Assembly (NCBI GenBank): GCA_964247055.1
Contig: OZ176052.1
Location: forward strand, 12,834,001 to 12,898,000
From: Paragordius varius
Lineage: Eukaryota > Animalia > Nematomorpha
Direction: 5' to 3'
DNA length: 64,000 nt
Shown here: positions 44,586-56,187 of the stretch, in pieces
Position numbering within the stretch: position 1 is the stretch's first letter
Layout: every line of letters begins with the position of its first letter
Position numbers and translations under genes: made by a program
The notes under the pieces: generated by a model
What the model saw: only the letters and a program-made list of their open reading frames with translations
What the model was told of the DNA's origin: nothing
Database searches by the model: none

Positions 44586-45777
44586 TTTATTTTATTTTAT
44601 TTTATTTTATTTTATTTTATTTTATTTTATTTTATTTTATATAAAAATAGTTATATTTTATTTTATTTAATTTTATTTTATTTTATTTTAATTTATTTTT
44701 ATTTTATTTTATTTTATTTTATTTTATTTTATTTTATTTTATTTTATTTTATTTTATTTTATTTTTTTTTATTTTATTTTATTTTATTTTATTTTATTTT
44801 ATTTTATTTTATTTTATTTTATTTTATTTTATTTTATTTTATTTTATTTTATTTTATTTTATTTTATTTTATTTTATTTTTATTTTATTTAATTTAATTT
44901 AATTTAATTTAATTTAATTTAATTTAATTTAATTTAATTTAATTTAATTTAATTTAATTTAATTTAATTTAATTTAATTTTATTTTATTTTATTTTATTT
45001 TATTTTATTTTATTTTATTTTATTTTATTTTATTTTATTTTATATAAAAATAGTTATATTTTATTTTATTTAATTTTATTTTATTTTATTTTAATTTATT
45101 TTTATTTTATTTTATTTTATTTTATTTTATTTTATTTTTATTTTATTTAATTTAATTTAATTTAATTTAATTTAATTTAATTTAATTTTATTTTATTTTA
45201 TTTTATTTTATTTTATTTTATTTTATTTTATTTTATTTTATTTTATTTTATTTTATTTTATTTTATTTTATTTTATTTTATTTTATTTTATTTTATTTTA
45301 TTTTATTTTATTTTTATTTTATTTTATTTTATTTTATTTTATTTTATTTTATTTTATTTTATTTTATTTTATTTTATTTTATATAAAAATAGTTATATTT
45401 TATTTTATTTAATTTTATTTTATTTTATTTTATTTTAATTTATTTTTATTTTATTTTATTTTATTTTATTTTATTTTATTTTATTTTATTTTTATTTTAT
45501 TTAATTTAATTTAATTTAATTTAATTTAATTTAATTTAATTTAATTTAATTTAATTTAATTTTATTTTATTTTATTTTATTTTATTTTATTTTATTTTAT
45601 TTTATTTTATTTTATTTTATTTTATTTTATTTTATTTTATTTTATATAAAAATAGTTATATTTTATTTTATTTAATTTTATTTTATTTTATTTTAATTTA
45701 TTTTTATTTTATTTTATTTTATTTTATTTTATTTTATTTTATTTTATTTTATATTATTTTATTTTATTTTTTTTTAT

Positions 45778-45977
45778 NNNNNNNNNNNNNNNNNNNNNNN
45801 NNNNNNNNNNNNNNNNNNNNNNNNNNNNNNNNNNNNNNNNNNNNNNNNNNNNNNNNNNNNNNNNNNNNNNNNNNNNNNNNNNNNNNNNNNNNNNNNNNNN
45901 NNNNNNNNNNNNNNNNNNNNNNNNNNNNNNNNNNNNNNNNNNNNNNNNNNNNNNNNNNNNNNNNNNNNNNNNNNNNN
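45778..45977. other. Assembly gap, exactly 200 N (likely a placeholder of unknown true size)
   Basis: N run of round length separating the TTTTA array from the first complex-satellite monomer. Confidence 0.97.
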
Positions 45978-45995
45978 TTGGTCACCGGTGAACAA
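45978..45995. other. 18-bp dyad TTGGTCACCGGTGAACAA (perfect 10-bp core TCACCGGTGA, one mismatched pair), once per monomer
   Basis: Its reverse complement is TTGTTCACCGGTGACCAA. It is intact in nearly all of the ~71 monomers. Confidence 0.9.
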
Positions 45996-46062
45996 AATTA
46001 TTTTTTATACATTCTCTTGGTAAGACTACATCAAAATATAGATAAGTTTGACAAACTCTTTC

Positions 46063-46155
46063 ATATCCGATTTTTACAACGATACTTTAAAAATTAATGT
46101 GTTAAACTAATCGCATCAATACTCAAGTTAAACTTTGTCCTTAAAAATCGGATAT
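46063..46155. other. 14-bp inverted repeat ATATCCGATTTTTA (46063-46076) / TAAAAATCGGATAT (46142-46155), recurring in each monomer with variants
   Basis: Exact reverse complements in monomer 1, with a 65-bp spacer. Confidence 0.88.
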
Positions 46156-49100
46156 TGGTCACCGGTGAACAAAATTATTTTTTATACAATCTCTTAGTAG
46201 GACTACATGAAAATATAGAAATAGTTTGACAAACTCTTTCATATCCGATTTTTACAACGATACTTTAAAAATTAATGTATAAAACTCGCATCAATACTCA
46301 AGTTAAACTTTGTCCTTAAAAATCGAATATTGGTCACCGGTGAACAAAATTATTTTTTATACATTCTCTTAGTAAGACTACATCAAAATATAGAGATAGT
46401 TTGACATCTTTCATATCCGATTTTTACAACGATACTTTAAAAATTAATGTATAAAACTAGTCGTATCAATACTCAAGTAAAATTTTTCCTAAAAAATCGG
46501 ATATTGGTCACCGGTGAACAAAATTATTTTTTATACATTCTCTTAGTAAGACTACATCAAAATGAGATAGTTTGACCTCTTTCATATCCGAGTTTTACAA
46601 CATACTTTAAAAATTAATGTATAAAACTAGTCGCATGAATACTCAAGTAAAACTTTGTCCTGAAAAATCGGATATTGGTCACCGGTGAACAAAATTATTT
46701 TTTATACATTCTCTTAGTAAGACTACATCAAAATATAGAGATAGTTTGACCTCTTTCATATCCGATTTTTACAACATACTTTAAAAATTAATGTATAAAA
46801 CTATCGCATCAATACTCAAGTTAAATTTTGTCCTTAAAAATGGGATATTGGTCACCGGTGAACAAAATTATTTTTTATACATTCTCTTAGTAAGACTACA
46901 TCAAAATATAGATAAGTTTGACAAACTCTTTCATATCCGATTTTTACAACGATACTTTAAAAATTAATGTATTAAACTAATCGCATCAATACTCAAGTTA
47001 AACTTTGTCCTTAAAAATCGGATATTGGTCACCGGTGAACAAAATTATTTTTTATACAATCTCTTAGTAGGACTACATGAAAATATAGAAATAGTTTGAC
47101 AAACTCTTTCATATCCGATTTTTACAACGATACTTTAAAAATTAATGTATTAAACTAGTCGCATCAATACTCAAGTAAAACTTTGTCCTAAAAAATCGGA
47201 TATTGGTCACCGAATGAACAAAATTATTTTTTATACATTCTCTTAGTAAGACTACATCAAAATATAGAGATAGTTTCACCTCTTTCATATCCGATTTTTA
47301 CAACATACTTTAAAAATTAATGTATAAAACTAGTCGCATCAATACTCAAGTTAAATTTTGTCCTTAAAAATGGGATATTGGTCACCGGTGAACAAAATTA
47401 TTTTTTATACATTCTCTTACTAGGACTACATCAAAATATAGAGATAGTTTGGCAAACTCTTTCATATCCGATTTTTTCAACGATACTTTAAAAATTAATG
47501 TATAAAACTCGCATCAATACTCAAGTTAAACTTTGTCCTTAAAAATCCAATATTGGTCACCGGTGAACAAAATTATTTTTTATACATTCTCTTAGTAAGA
47601 CTACATCAAAATATAGAGATAGTTTGACATCTTTCATATCCGATTTTTACAACGATACTTTAAAAATTAATGTATAAAACTAGTCGTATCAATACTCAAG
47701 TAAAATTTTTCCTAAAAAATCGGATATTGGTCACCGGTGAACAAAATTATTTTTTATACATTCTCTTAGTAAGACTACATCAAAATGAGATAGTTTGACC
47801 TCTTTCATATCCGAGTTTTACAACATACTTTAAAAATTAATGTATAAAACTAGTCGCATCAATACTCAAATTAAATTTTGTCCTTAAAAATGGGATATTG
47901 GTCACCGGTGAACAAAACTATTTTTTATACATTCTCTTAGTAGGACTACATCAAAATATAGAGATAGTTTGACCTCTTTCATATCCATTTTTACAACGAT
48001 ATATTAAAAATTAATGTATAAAACTAGTCGCATGAATACTCAAGTAAAACTTTGTCCTGAAAAATCGGATATTGGTCACCGGTGAACAAAATTATTTTTT
48101 ATACATTCTCTTAGTAAGACTACATCAAAATATAGAGATAGTTTGACCTCTTTCATATCCGATTTTTACAACGATACTTTAAAAATTAATGTATAAAACT
48201 AGTCGTATCAATACTCAAGTAAAATTTTTCCTAAAAAATGGGATATTGGTCACCTGTGAACAAAATTATTTTTTATACATTCTCTTAGTAAGACTACATC
48301 AAAATGAGATAGTTTGACCTCTTTCATATCCGAGTTTTACAACATACTTTAAAAATTAATGTATAAAACTAGTCGCATCAATACTCAAGTTAAATTTTGT
48401 CCTTAAAAATGGGATATTGGTCACCGGTGAACAAAACTATTTTTTATACATTCTCTTAGTAGGACTACATCAAAATATAGGGATAGTTTGACCTCTTTCA
48501 TATTCATTTTTACAACGATATTTTAAAAATTAATGTATAAAACTAGTCGCATGAATACTCAAGTAAAACTTTGTCCTGAAAAATCGGATATTGGTCACCG
48601 GTGAACAAAATTATTTTTTATACATTCTCTTAGTAAGACTACATCAAAATATAGAGATAGTTTGACCTCTTTCATATCCGATTTTTACAACATACTTTAA
48701 AAATTAATGTATAAAACTAGTCGCATCAATACTCAAGTTAAATTTTGTCCTTAAAAATGGGATATTGGTCACCGGTGAACAAAATTATTTTTTATACATT
48801 CTCTTAGTAAGACTACATCAAAATATAGATAAGTTTGACAAACTCTTTCATATCCGATTTTTACAACGATACTTTAAAAATTAATGTATTAAACTAATCG
48901 CATCAATACTCAAGTTAAACTTTGTCCTTAAAAATCGGATATTGGTCACCGGTGAACAAAATTATTTTTTATACAATCTCTTAGTAGGACTACATGAAAA
49001 TATAGAAATAGTTTGACAAACTCTTTCATATCCGATTTTTACAACGATACTTTAAAAATTAATGTATTAAACTAGTCGCATCAATACTCAAGTAAAACTT

Positions 49101-50569
49101 TGTCCTAAAAAATCGGATATTGGTCACCGGTGAACAAAATTATTTTTTATACATTCTCTTAGTAAGACTACATCAAAATATAGAGATAGTTTGACCTCTT
49201 TCATATCCGATTTTTACAACATACTTTAAAAATTAATGTATAAAACTAGTCGCATCAATACTCAAGTTAAATTTTGTCCTTAAAAATGGGATATTGGTCA
49301 CCGGTGAACAAAATTATTTTTTATACATTCTCTTAGTAAGACTACATCAAAATATAGATAAGTTTGACAAACTCTTTCATATCCGATTTTTACAACGATA
49401 CTTTAAAAATTAATGTATTAAACTAATCGCATCAATACTCAAGTTAAACTTTGTCCTTAAAAATGGGATATTGGTCACCGGTGAACAAAACTATTTTTTA
49501 TACATTCTTTTAGTAGGACTACATCAAAATATAGAGATAGTTTGACCTCTTTCATATCCATTTTTACAACGATATTTTAAAAATTAATGTATAAAACTAG
49601 TCGCATGAATACTCAAGTAAAACTTTGTCCTGAAAAATCGGATATTGGTCACCGGTGAACAAAATTATTTTTTATACATTCTCTTAGTAAGACTACATCA
49701 AAATATAGAGATAGTTTGACCTCTTTCATATCCGATTTTTACAACATACTTTAAAAATTAATGTATAAAACTAGTCGCATCAATACTCAAGTTAAATTTT
49801 GTCCTTAAAAATGGGATATTGGTCACCGGTGAACAAAATTATTTTTTATACATTCTCTTAGTAAGACTACATCAAAATATAGATAAGTTTGACAAACTCT
49901 TTCATATCCGATTTTTACAACGATACTTTAAAAATTAATGTATAAAACTAGTCGCATCAATACTCAAGTTAAATTTTGTCCTTAAAAATGGGATATTGGT
50001 CACCGGTGAACAAAATTATTTTTTATACATTCTCTTACTAGGACTACATCAAAATATAGAGATAGTTTGGCAAACTCTTTCATATCCGATTTTTTCAACG
50101 ATACTTTAAAAATTAATGTATAAAACTCGCATCAATACTCAAGTTAAACTTTGTCCTTAAAAATCCAATATTGGTCACCGGTGAACAAAATTATTTTTTA
50201 TACATTCTCTTAGTAAGACTACATCAAAATATGATAGTTTGACCTCTTTCATATCCGATTTTTACAACGATACTTTAAAAATTAATGTTAAAACTAGTCG
50301 CATCAATACTCAAGTAAAACTTTGTCCTAAAAAATCGGATATTGGTCACCGGTGAACAAAATTATTTTTTATACATTCTCTTAGTAAGACTACATCGAAA
50401 TATAGAGATAGTTTGACCTCTTTCGTATCCGATTTTTACAACATACTTTAAAAATTAATGTATAAAACTAGTCGCATCAATACTCAAGTTAAATTTTGTC
50501 CTTAAAAATGGGATATTGGTCACCGGTGAACAAAATTATTTTTTATACATTCTCTTAGTAAGACTACAT

Positions 50570-53500
50570 TTATTTTATTTTATTTTATTTTATTTTATTT
50601 TATTTTATTTTATTTTATTTTATTTTATTTTATTTTATTTTATTTTATTTTATTTTATTTTATTTTTATTTTATTTTAATTTATTTTTATTTTATTTTAT
50701 TTTACTTTATTTTATTTTATTTTATTTTATTTTTATTTTATTTAATTTAATTTAATTATATTTAATTTAATTTAATTTTATTTTATTATATTTTATTTTA
50801 TTTTATTTTATTTTATTTTATTTTATTTTATTTAATTTAATTTTATTTTATTTTATTTTATTTTATTTTATTTTATTTTATTTTATTTTATTTTATTTTA
50901 TTTTATTTTATATAAAAATAGTTATATTTTATTTTATTTAATTTTATTTTATTTTATTTTATTTTAATTTATTTTTATTTTATTTTATTTTATTTTATTT
51001 TATTTTATTTTTATTTTATTTAATTTAATTTAATTTAATTTAATTTAATTTAATTTAATTTAATTTAATTTTATTTTATTTTATTTTATTTTATTTTATT
51101 TTATTTTATTTTATTTTATTTTATTTTATATAAAAATAGTTATATTTTATTTTATTTAATTTTATTTTATTTTATTTTAATTTATTTTTATTTTATTTTA
51201 TTTTATTTTATTTTATTTTATTTTATTTTATTTTATTTTATTTTATTTTATTTTATTTTATTTTATTTTATTTTTTTTTATTTTATTTTATTTTATTTTA
51301 TTTTATTTTATTTTATTTTATTTTATTTTATTTTATTTTATTTTATTTTATTTTATTTTATTTTATATAAAAATAGTTATATTTTATTTTATTTAATTTT
51401 ATTTTATTTTATTTTATTTTATTTTAATTTATTTTTATTTTATTTTATTTTATTTTATTTTTATTTTATTTTATTTAATTTAATTTAATTTAATTTAATT
51501 TAATTTTATTTTATTTTATTTTATTTTATTTTATTTTATTTTATTTTATTTTATTTTATTTTATATAAAAATAGTTATATTTTATTTTATTTAATTTTAT
51601 TTTATTTTATTTTAATTTATTTTTATTTTATTTTATTTTATTTTATTTTATTTTTATTTAATTTAATTTAATTTAATTTAATTTAATTTAATTTAATTTA
51701 ATTTTATTTTATTTTATTTTATTTTATTTTATTTTCTTTTATTTTATTTTATTTTATTTTATTTTATTTTATTTTATTTTATTTTATTTTATTTAATTTA
51801 AATTAATTTAATTTAATTTAATTTTATTTTATTTTATTTTATTTTATTTTATATAAAAATAGTTATATTTTATTTTAAATTTTATTTTATTTTTTTTTAT
51901 TTTAATTTTATTTTATTTTATTTTATTTTATTTTATTCTATATAAATATAGTTATATTTTATTTAATTTTATTTTATTTTATTTTATTTTAATTTATTTT
52001 TATTTTATTTTATTTTATTTTATTTTATTTTATTTTATTTTATTTTATTTTATTTTATTTTATTTTATTTTATTTTATTTTATTTTATTTTATTTTAATT
52101 TATTTTTATTTTATTTTATTTTATTTTTATTTTATTTTATTTTATTTTATTTTATTTTATTTTATTTTATTTTATTTTATTCTATTTTATTTTATTTTAT
52201 TTTATTTTATTTTTTTTTTATTTTATTTTATTTTATTTTATTTTATTTTAATTTATTTAATTTTATTTTATTTTATTTTATTTTATTTTATTTTATTTTA
52301 TTTTATGTTATTTTATTTTATTTTATTTTATTTTATTTAAATATAGTTATATTTTATTTTATTTAATTTTATTTTATTTTATTTTATTTGACTTTATTTA
52401 ATTTTATTTTATTTTATTTTATTTTATTTTATTTTATTTTATTTATTTTATTTATTTTATTTTATTTTAATTTATTTAATTTTATTTTATTTTATTTTAT
52501 TATATTTTATTTTATATAAATATAGTTATATTTTATTTTATTTAATTTTATTTTATTTTATTTTATATAAATATAGTTATATTTTATTTTATTTATTTTT
52601 ATTTTATTTTATTTTATTTTATTTTATTTTATTTTATTTTATTTTATTTTATTTTATTTTATTTTATTTTATTTTAATTTATTTTATTTTATTTTATTTT
52701 ATTTTATTTTATTTTATTATATATAAAAATAGTTATATTTTATTTTATTTTATTTTATTTTAATTTATTTTTATTTTATTTTATTTTATTTTATTTTATT
52801 TTATTTTATTTTATTTTATTTTATTTTATTTTATTTTATTTTTTATTTTATTTTATTTTATTTTATTTTATTTTATTTTATTTTATTTTATTTTATTTTA
52901 TTTTATTTTATTTTATTTTAATTTTATTTTATTTTATTTTATTTTATTTTATTTTATTTTATTTTATTTTATTTTATTTTATTTTATTTTATTTTATTTT
53001 ATTTTATTTTATTCTATATAAATATAGTTATATTTTATTTAATTTTATTTTATTTTATTTTATTTTAATTTATTTTTATTTTATTTTATTTTATTTTATT
53101 TTATTTTATTTTATTTTATTTTATTTTATTTTATTTTATTTTAATTTATTTTTATTTTATTTTATTTTTTTTTATTTTATTTTATTTTATTTTTCTTTAT
53201 TTTATTTTATTTTATTTTATTTTATTTTATTTTATTTTATTTTATTTTATTTTATTTTATTTTATTTTATTTTATTTTATTCTATTTTATTTTATTTTAT
53301 TTTATTTTATTTTATTTTATTTTATTTTATTTTATTATATATAAAAATAGTTATATTTTATTTTATTTTATTTTAATTTATTTTTATTTTATTTTATTTT
53401 ATTTTATTTTATTTTATTTTATTTTATTTTATTTTATTTTATTTTATTTTATTTTATTTTATTTTATTTTATTTTATTTTATTTTATTTTATTTTATTTT

Positions 53501-56187
53501 TTATTTTATTTTATGTTATTTTATTTTATTTTATTTTATTTTATTTAATTTTATTTTATTTTATTTTATTTTATTTTAATTTATTTTATTTTATTTTATT
53601 TTATTTTATTTTATTTTATTTTATTTTATTTTATTTTATTTTATTTTAATTTATTTTTATTTTATTTTATTTTATTTTATATATTATATTTAATTTTATT
53701 TTATTTTATTTTATTTTATTTTTTTTATTTTATTTTATTTTATTTTATTTTATTTTATTTTATTTTATTTTATTTTATTTTATTTTATTTTTTATTTTAT
53801 TTTATTTTATTTTATTTTATTTTATTTTATTTTATTTTATTTAATTTTATTTTATTTTATTTTATTTTATTTTATTTTAATTTATTTTATTTTATTTTAT
53901 TTTATTTTATTTTATTTTATTTTATTTTATTTTATTTTATATTATTTTATTTTATTTTATTTTATTTTATTTTATTTTATTTTATTTTATTTTATTTTAT
54001 TTTATTTTATTTTAATTTATTTTTATTTTATTTTATTTTATTTTATATATTATATTTAATTTTATTTTATTTTATTTTATTTTTTTTATTTTATTTTATT
54101 TTATTTTATTTTATTTTATTTTATTTTATTTTATTTTATTTTATTTTATTTTATTTTATTTTATTTTATTTTTTATTTTATTTTATTTTATTTTATTTTA
54201 TTTTATTTTATTTTATTTTATTTTATTTTATTTTATTTTATATAAAAATAGTTATATTTTATATTATTTAATTTTATTTTATTTTATTTTATTTTAATTT
54301 ATTTTATTTTATTTTATTTTATTTTAATTTATTTTTATTTCATTTTATTTTATTTTATATATTATATTTAATTTTATTTTATTTTATTTTATTTTATTTT
54401 ATTTTTTTTATTTTATTTTATTTTATTTTATTTTATTTTATTTTATTTTATTTTATTTTATTTTATTTTATTTTATTTTATTTTATTTTATTTTATTTTA
54501 TTTTATTTTATTTTATTTTATTTAATTTAAATTAATTTAATTTAATTTTATTTTATTTTATTTTATTTTATTTTATATAAAAATAGTTATATTTTATTTT
54601 ATTTATTTTTATTTTATTTTATTTTATTTTATATAAATATAGTTATATTTTATTTTATTTAATTTTATTTTATTTTATTTAATTTTATTTTATTTTATTT
54701 TATTTTATTTTATTTTATTTTATTTTATTTTATTTTATTTTATTTTATTTTATTTTATTTTATTTTATTTTATTTTATTTTATTTTATTTTATTTTATTT
54801 TATTTTATTTTATTTTATTTTATTTTATTTTATTTTATTTTATTTTATTTTATTTTATTTTATTTTATATAAAAATAGTTATATTTTATTTTATTTATTT
54901 TTATTTTATTTTATTTTATTTTATATAAATATAGTTATATTTTATTTTATTTAATTTTATTTTATTTTATTTAATTTTATTTTATTTTATTTTATTTTAT
55001 TTTATTTTATTTTATTTTATTTTATTTTATTTTATTTTATTTTATTTTATTTTATTTTATTTTATTTTATTTTATTTAATTTAAATTAATTTAATTTAAT
55101 TTTATTTTATTTTATTTTATTTTATTTTATTTTATTTTATATAAAAATAGTTATATTTTATTTTATTTAATTTTATTTTATTTTATTTTATTTTATTTTA
55201 TTTTATTTTATTTTATTTTATTTTATTTTATGTTATTTTATTTTATTTTATTTTATTTTATTTTATTTTAATTTATTTTTATTTTATTTTATTTTATTTT
55301 ATTTTATTTTATTTTATTTTATTTTATTTTATTTTATTTTATTTTATTTTATTTTATTTTAATTTATTTTATTTTATTTTATTTTATTTTATTTTATTTT
55401 ATTTAAATATAGTTATATTTTATCTTATTTAATTTTATTTTATTTTATTTTATTTTATATAAAAATAGTTATATTTTATTTTATTTAATTTAATTTTATT
55501 TTATTTTATTTTATTTTATTTTAATTTATTTTATTTTTAATTATTTTATTTTATTTTATTCTATATAAATATAGTTATATTTTATTTTTTTTAATTTTAT
55601 TTTATTTTATTTTATCTTATTTTAATTTATTTTTATTTTATTTTATTTTATTTTATTTTATTTTTTTTTATTTTATTTTATTTTTTTTTTATTTAATTTA
55701 ATTTTATTTTATTGTATTTTATTTTATTTTATTTTATTTTATTTTATTTTATTTTATTTTATTTTATTTTAATTTATTTTATTTTATTTTATTTTATTTT
55801 ATTTTATTTTATTTTTTTTTTATTTTATTTTATTTTATTTTATTTTATTTTATTTTATTTTATTTTATTTTATTTTTTTTTTATTTTATTTTATTTTATT
55901 TTATTTTATTTTATTTTATTTTATTTTAATTTATTTAATTTTATTTTATTTTATTTTATTTTATTTTATTTTATTTTATTTTATTTTATTTTATTTTATT
56001 TTATTTTATTTTATTTTATTTTATTTTATTTTATTTTGTTTTATTTTATTTTATTTTATTTTATTTTATTTTATTTTATTTTATTTTATTTTAATTTATT
56101 TTATTTTATTTTAATTTATTTTTATTTTATTTTATTTTGATTTATTTTTATTTAATTTTATTTTATTTTATTTTATTTTATTTTATT
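50570..56187 (+). repeat. 5.6-kb TTTTA-satellite block between the two complex-satellite arrays; same family, landmarks and orientation as 1-45777
   Basis: Contains the 20-bp landmark with its usual downstream context, TTTAA runs and a TTTAC landmark. Both junctions are sharp. Confidence 0.96.

Larger units (their letters stand above)
1..45777 (+). repeat. Pentamer-based satellite array (TTTTA)n / (TAAAA)n with variant units (TTTAA, TTTTTA, TTTTAA, ATGTT, TTTCA, TTTGA, TTGTA, TTTAC) and a recurrent 20-bp landmark; runs off the left end of the window
   Basis: Direct reading: 5-bp periodicity throughout. The + strand is T-rich with no polarity switch. G and C are almost confined to landmark and variant units. 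Confidence 0.97.
45978..50569 (+). repeat. Complex satellite array 1: 26 full monomers of 171-178 bp plus a 54-bp partial monomer
   Basis: TTGGTCACC monomer starts at 45978, 46155, 46330, 46504, 46675, 46848, 47025, 47203 ... 50342, 50516; mean ~174.5 bp. Confidence 0.97.

Noticed and set aside
1-45777. CRISPR-like look (conserved ~20-bp repeat with intervening stretches)
   Set aside because: The intervening sequences are pentamer tracts of highly variable length, not unique spacers. No cas genes or leader; the context is eukaryotic satellite.
1-45777. Telomeric repeat
   Set aside because: The unit has no G/C strand of the kind seen in known telomerase repeats, and the array is internal to and interleaved with another satellite.
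45764-45995. Two minus-strand ORFs
   Set aside because: They consist almost entirely of X from the N gap.
46066-46085. CENP-B-box-like motif on the minus strand (ATCGTTGTAAAAATCGGA)
   Set aside because: Against NTTCGNNNNANNCGGGN only 4 of the 9 essential bases match ungapped; the CGG lies 3 nt too far away.
46063-46254. MITE or DNA transposon defined by the 14-bp inverted repeat
   Set aside because: No target-site duplications, no unique flanks and no transposase. The arms simply alternate through the tandem array, so a transposon origin is possible but unsupported here.
171-56140. Nine + strand ORFs of 79-153 aa rich in F, Y, I, L
   Set aside because: (TTTTA)n read in any + frame gives FYFIL repeats with no stop codon. 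The ATGs come from ATGTT or TTGTA variant units or from the satellite edge. No coding complexity.
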